In this document: positions 60,901 to 64,000 of the stretch, one piece after another
How the letters are laid out: every line of letters starts with the position of its first letter
Numbering within the stretch: the first letter of the stretch is position 1
Assembly: GCA_043228905.1 (NCBI GenBank)
Contig: JBHGNT010000018.1
Span: forward strand, 2,480,001 to 2,544,000
Origin: Azolla caroliniana
Taxonomy: Eukaryota; Plantae; Polypodiophyta
Length of the DNA: 64,000 nt
Direction: 5' to 3'
Position numbers and translations under genes: made by a program
Notes under the pieces: model-generated
Told to the model about the DNA's origin: nothing
The model's database searches: none
Seen by the model: the letters and a program-made list of their open reading frames with translations, nothing else

Positions 60901-63850
60901 ATTCTGAAAATATGTTGCGCCAATGCTATCAATTCATAAAACAAGACAAAGATCTTGACAAAGCGTATGTCTCCTGCTATAACTCTATATTGATCCCTTG
61001 TGCTTATGGGTAGTATTCAAACTATATTAAAAGGAAGTTTATAATGGTTTTATAAAACTTACACTGTGAATAATAATTTATGATTAATGATAAATAGAAG
61101 GCATTGTGTCTTGGTAATGTAAGTGGCAGAAGTATGTAACCAAAAATGCCAATCTAGATAGATACTACACAGTTTTCTATATCATGTTATATGAAATCAG
61201 CAGATAGAATGTCTTCAGGCCGGTTAAAAACTAAGGGAACCACCAATTTAGCCATAATTTCACCACCAGAGAAATAATAAACAAAGAAACAAAAATAACA
61301 CCTTTTAGTGACATGTGAAACACACTTTAGGTGAATTGAAAAAGAGAAATGGTTATAGCCAGGAGCATGATGCTGTGGTTGAGTTGACTCATTTGGATTA
61401 TGAGAGAAAATTTGAAATAACATCTAGTTTATTTCTTGAAATTTTATGTTCTTCCAATGTGGCTGATGTAGTTGAGTTGAATCATTTGGATTGCGAGAGA
61501 AAATTTGAAATAATATCTAGTTAGTTTCTTGAAATTTTATGTTCTTCCAATTTGTCTGATTTTGGGATAACAAAGAACCCTTTTTTGGGAGGACCCTGGT
61601 TATTGATGGATTGAAAAAGAGAAATGGTTATGGCCAGGAGCATGATGCCGTGGCTGATGTGGTTGAGTTGAATCATTTGGATTGTGAGAGAGCTGTTGAG
61701 CACTTGAAGGGCCAGATTTGCAGGATGAAGAAAGTACTTGAGTGACACCTTGCAAGTGGCTATTATTGTCTACTCCAAGGTGGTTGTGAATAATTCAGAC
61801 ATGATCTTTGATGTTTGTAGTAATCATGATGGTAGAGAATGTTTTGAGTAAGAAAGAAAGATTACTGCGTGAATTAAATGATAACACAGGGAGCTTGGTG
61901 ATATATAAGCAAGATGACCCAGGTAAGATGAGATTTTGTTTGTATGCAGAAAGATGTGATGGATTGTGCATTGCAAGTTGCATGTAAGTCACACAACTCT
62001 GTGATCAACACCTCAAAGGTACATGGTGGCACAATTGGGTGTGAGTCATAGTGGTTCGGGTATGTTGAACCCTGTTGACTTACAAAGATTCTTTGATGGC
62101 AACACAATTGGACAAGTCATGATTGTGAGGAGAGCGTGAAGTTTGATAATACGCTTGGTGATTGGCATGATGTGCAAATGTTGCATGCTGCATATGATAT
62201 AGAGTAGCAGCAAAAGATACAGTCAGAAGGGAGGATTTGTGTCAGCTAGATTTAAGAACCCTGAAAACATAAAGAGATACAGGCATTTCTGGGGAACCAA
62301 TCTAGGCCAAATACTTCCAGGATTCTAATGTTTCATGGAGACATGGAATAGCAAAATATGACAGCGATTCAATCTGGCCCAAGTACTTCCTTGATCTTAG
62401 CGTCTCATGGAGGCGCTGAATACCCATACAGTTCATCAAGAGGGAATGGTCTTACATACTGAAAATTCATTGCAGCCTTCTTTGCCATTTCACGGTCATA
62501 ATCCATTTGCGCACGTAAATAGGTTTCACATACATGGTGGGTTGGCAAGTAGACTTTGTGACATACGCTAGATTCTGCCATATCCGCAATCTGGTCTTCC
62601 AGCTTACACATCATCCATGCCATAGTTTTCCATGAGGGAAAGTATGTGCTACTACTATGATATAATTGAAGTGTAATGTCATTTGAAGCAATGGTTGGGA
62701 TTCCAAGTAAGTCTTGATACTATGCCCAGAGGAAAGAACCACAAGATTTGTTGAGCCACATGTCCACGTCATAGATGACATTCCTTCTTTCATCATAGTT
62801 AGTCAAAGAAAACCATATCTGGGAGGTTTGGCTGGAATGGCGCAAGTTAGGAGTATGTGTTGAATTGAAAATGGTAATGCTATTACTGAAAACTGACTTC
62901 ACTGGCAGGAACCTAGCATTAGTCAGAGCCGATGTGGCTAGACTTCCTTTTGCAACAGGAACAGTTGATGCTGTTCATGCAGGTGCTGCTCTTCATTGTT
63001 GGCCTTCACCTCTATCTGGGGTAAGCTTTGATTGAGAATTAACTTTATCTAATGTACTACACTGGCAAAAAATAATCATTACTGTATGTCTTAGTTCTTT
63101 GATTTATTCTGGTCTATGTAATTTCTGTTTGAAATACGGAGTAGGCTTGTGAAATGGAGCCTACTTTGTTAAACTTCTCTGTATCTGATTCATAAAGGAG
63201 GGGATGCTTATTTTGCAAGTCGTTACCCTCCCCTATTAGGGGAAATTCTCAAATTTAATTCAGGGTTAGCCAGTGATTAAGAAAGAACACTAGCATAAAG
63301 ATAGTCTGTTATTTCTCGATAAGCATGAAAGAGAATAACCAAAGGAAAGTGAGAAGAGGAACTCCACAAGGGCTTCTCGAAGTATATTTAAGAGGAATCT
63401 ATTACAGATATTTACATCTTTCTCTCTGTGTCTCTGTGTCTCTTACACACACACCATCAATGAGGGATGGAGGCCATACAATTTATACAATAGTCTTAGT
63501 TTGTAGCCAACCTAGGGTTCACATATTTCCCCATTTATCCAGCTTCATCCCAAGGCAGTGGGTGTTACTAAAACCATTTGGGCATTAGATTACTTCGTTA
63601 ACATAAGCAGCGGTATGTGCAATGATAAATGTCATGTTTTATACCGCCCTTCTGGTAATTTGAGAAACTTCATTTCAACTGTTTTTCTCTCTTTTTAATT
63701 TCAATTGTTTCTCTCCTTTAGAAACTAAAATTTATTTTACAGGTAGCAGAAATCAGTAGAATCCTAAGACCTGGTGGGGTTTTTGTGGCAACCACATTTT
63801 TGTCTCCAATCACAGATTTGCAAATCGATGCACTCAAACCTTTTCAACAG
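57938..63850 (+). CDS. Plastid-targeted class I SAM-dependent methyltransferase (UbiE/Methyltransf_11-like, At2g41040-type); partial, continues past the window
   Basis: Exons 57938-58084, 58707-58807, 59257-59397, 60397-60478, 60771-60964, 62909-63020 and 63743-63850 keep phase. Ser/Arg-rich transit-like N-terminus, then LACPIC...FKCPSC, TELFRSPFVSFVYERGWRQNF, LLDVSCGSGLF (motif I), VRADVARLPF, HAGAALHCWP and EISRILRPGGVFV. Confidence 0.9.
61335..61695. repeat. Mosaic short direct duplications in methyltransferase intron 5
   Basis: gttgagttga.tcatttggatt..gagaga occurs three times; gaaaaagagaaatggttat.gccaggagcatgatgc twice; tttcttgaaattttatgttcttccaat twice. Confidence 0.8.
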
Positions 63851-64000
63851 GTTTGGTCTCATAGCCCATTTGGCCTCTTCAAGACGTTAATATATATTTC
63901 TTTCTTTCTTTCTCTTATCTGGGTATTTTTTACCTCTTAAGTCGTTCATATGCCCCTTCTTTCTCTTATGAGTATTTTTTACCTCTTAAGACATTCATAT

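Overview
Eukaryotic land-plant genomic DNA, most likely a non-seed plant such as a fern (inferred from the Tcn1/Tf1-type chromovirus and the gene architecture). It holds four host genes: a 17-exon SPINDLY O-fucosyltransferase (- strand, about 1036 aa); an intronless NAC transcription factor (+) with a large His/Asp/Asn hexamer-repeat insertion inside the NAC domain; a 6-exon SRP72 (-); and the first 7 exons of a plastid-type SAM methyltransferase (+), which has a GC-AG intron and runs off the window. Between them lies a TE-rich block. It contains a full-length Ty3/gypsy chromovirus (26886-33469, -) with a self-priming PBS, a -1 frameshift signal and a 7x166-bp array in one LTR, and a full-length Ty1/copia element (35040-41043, +) with an internal deletion and an 8x226-bp array inside RT. 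There are also LINE fragments, two hAT-like MITE copies, a solo LTR nested in a degraded copia, and many local tandem duplications. All exon boundaries and repeat counts were read by eye and no database searches were run.
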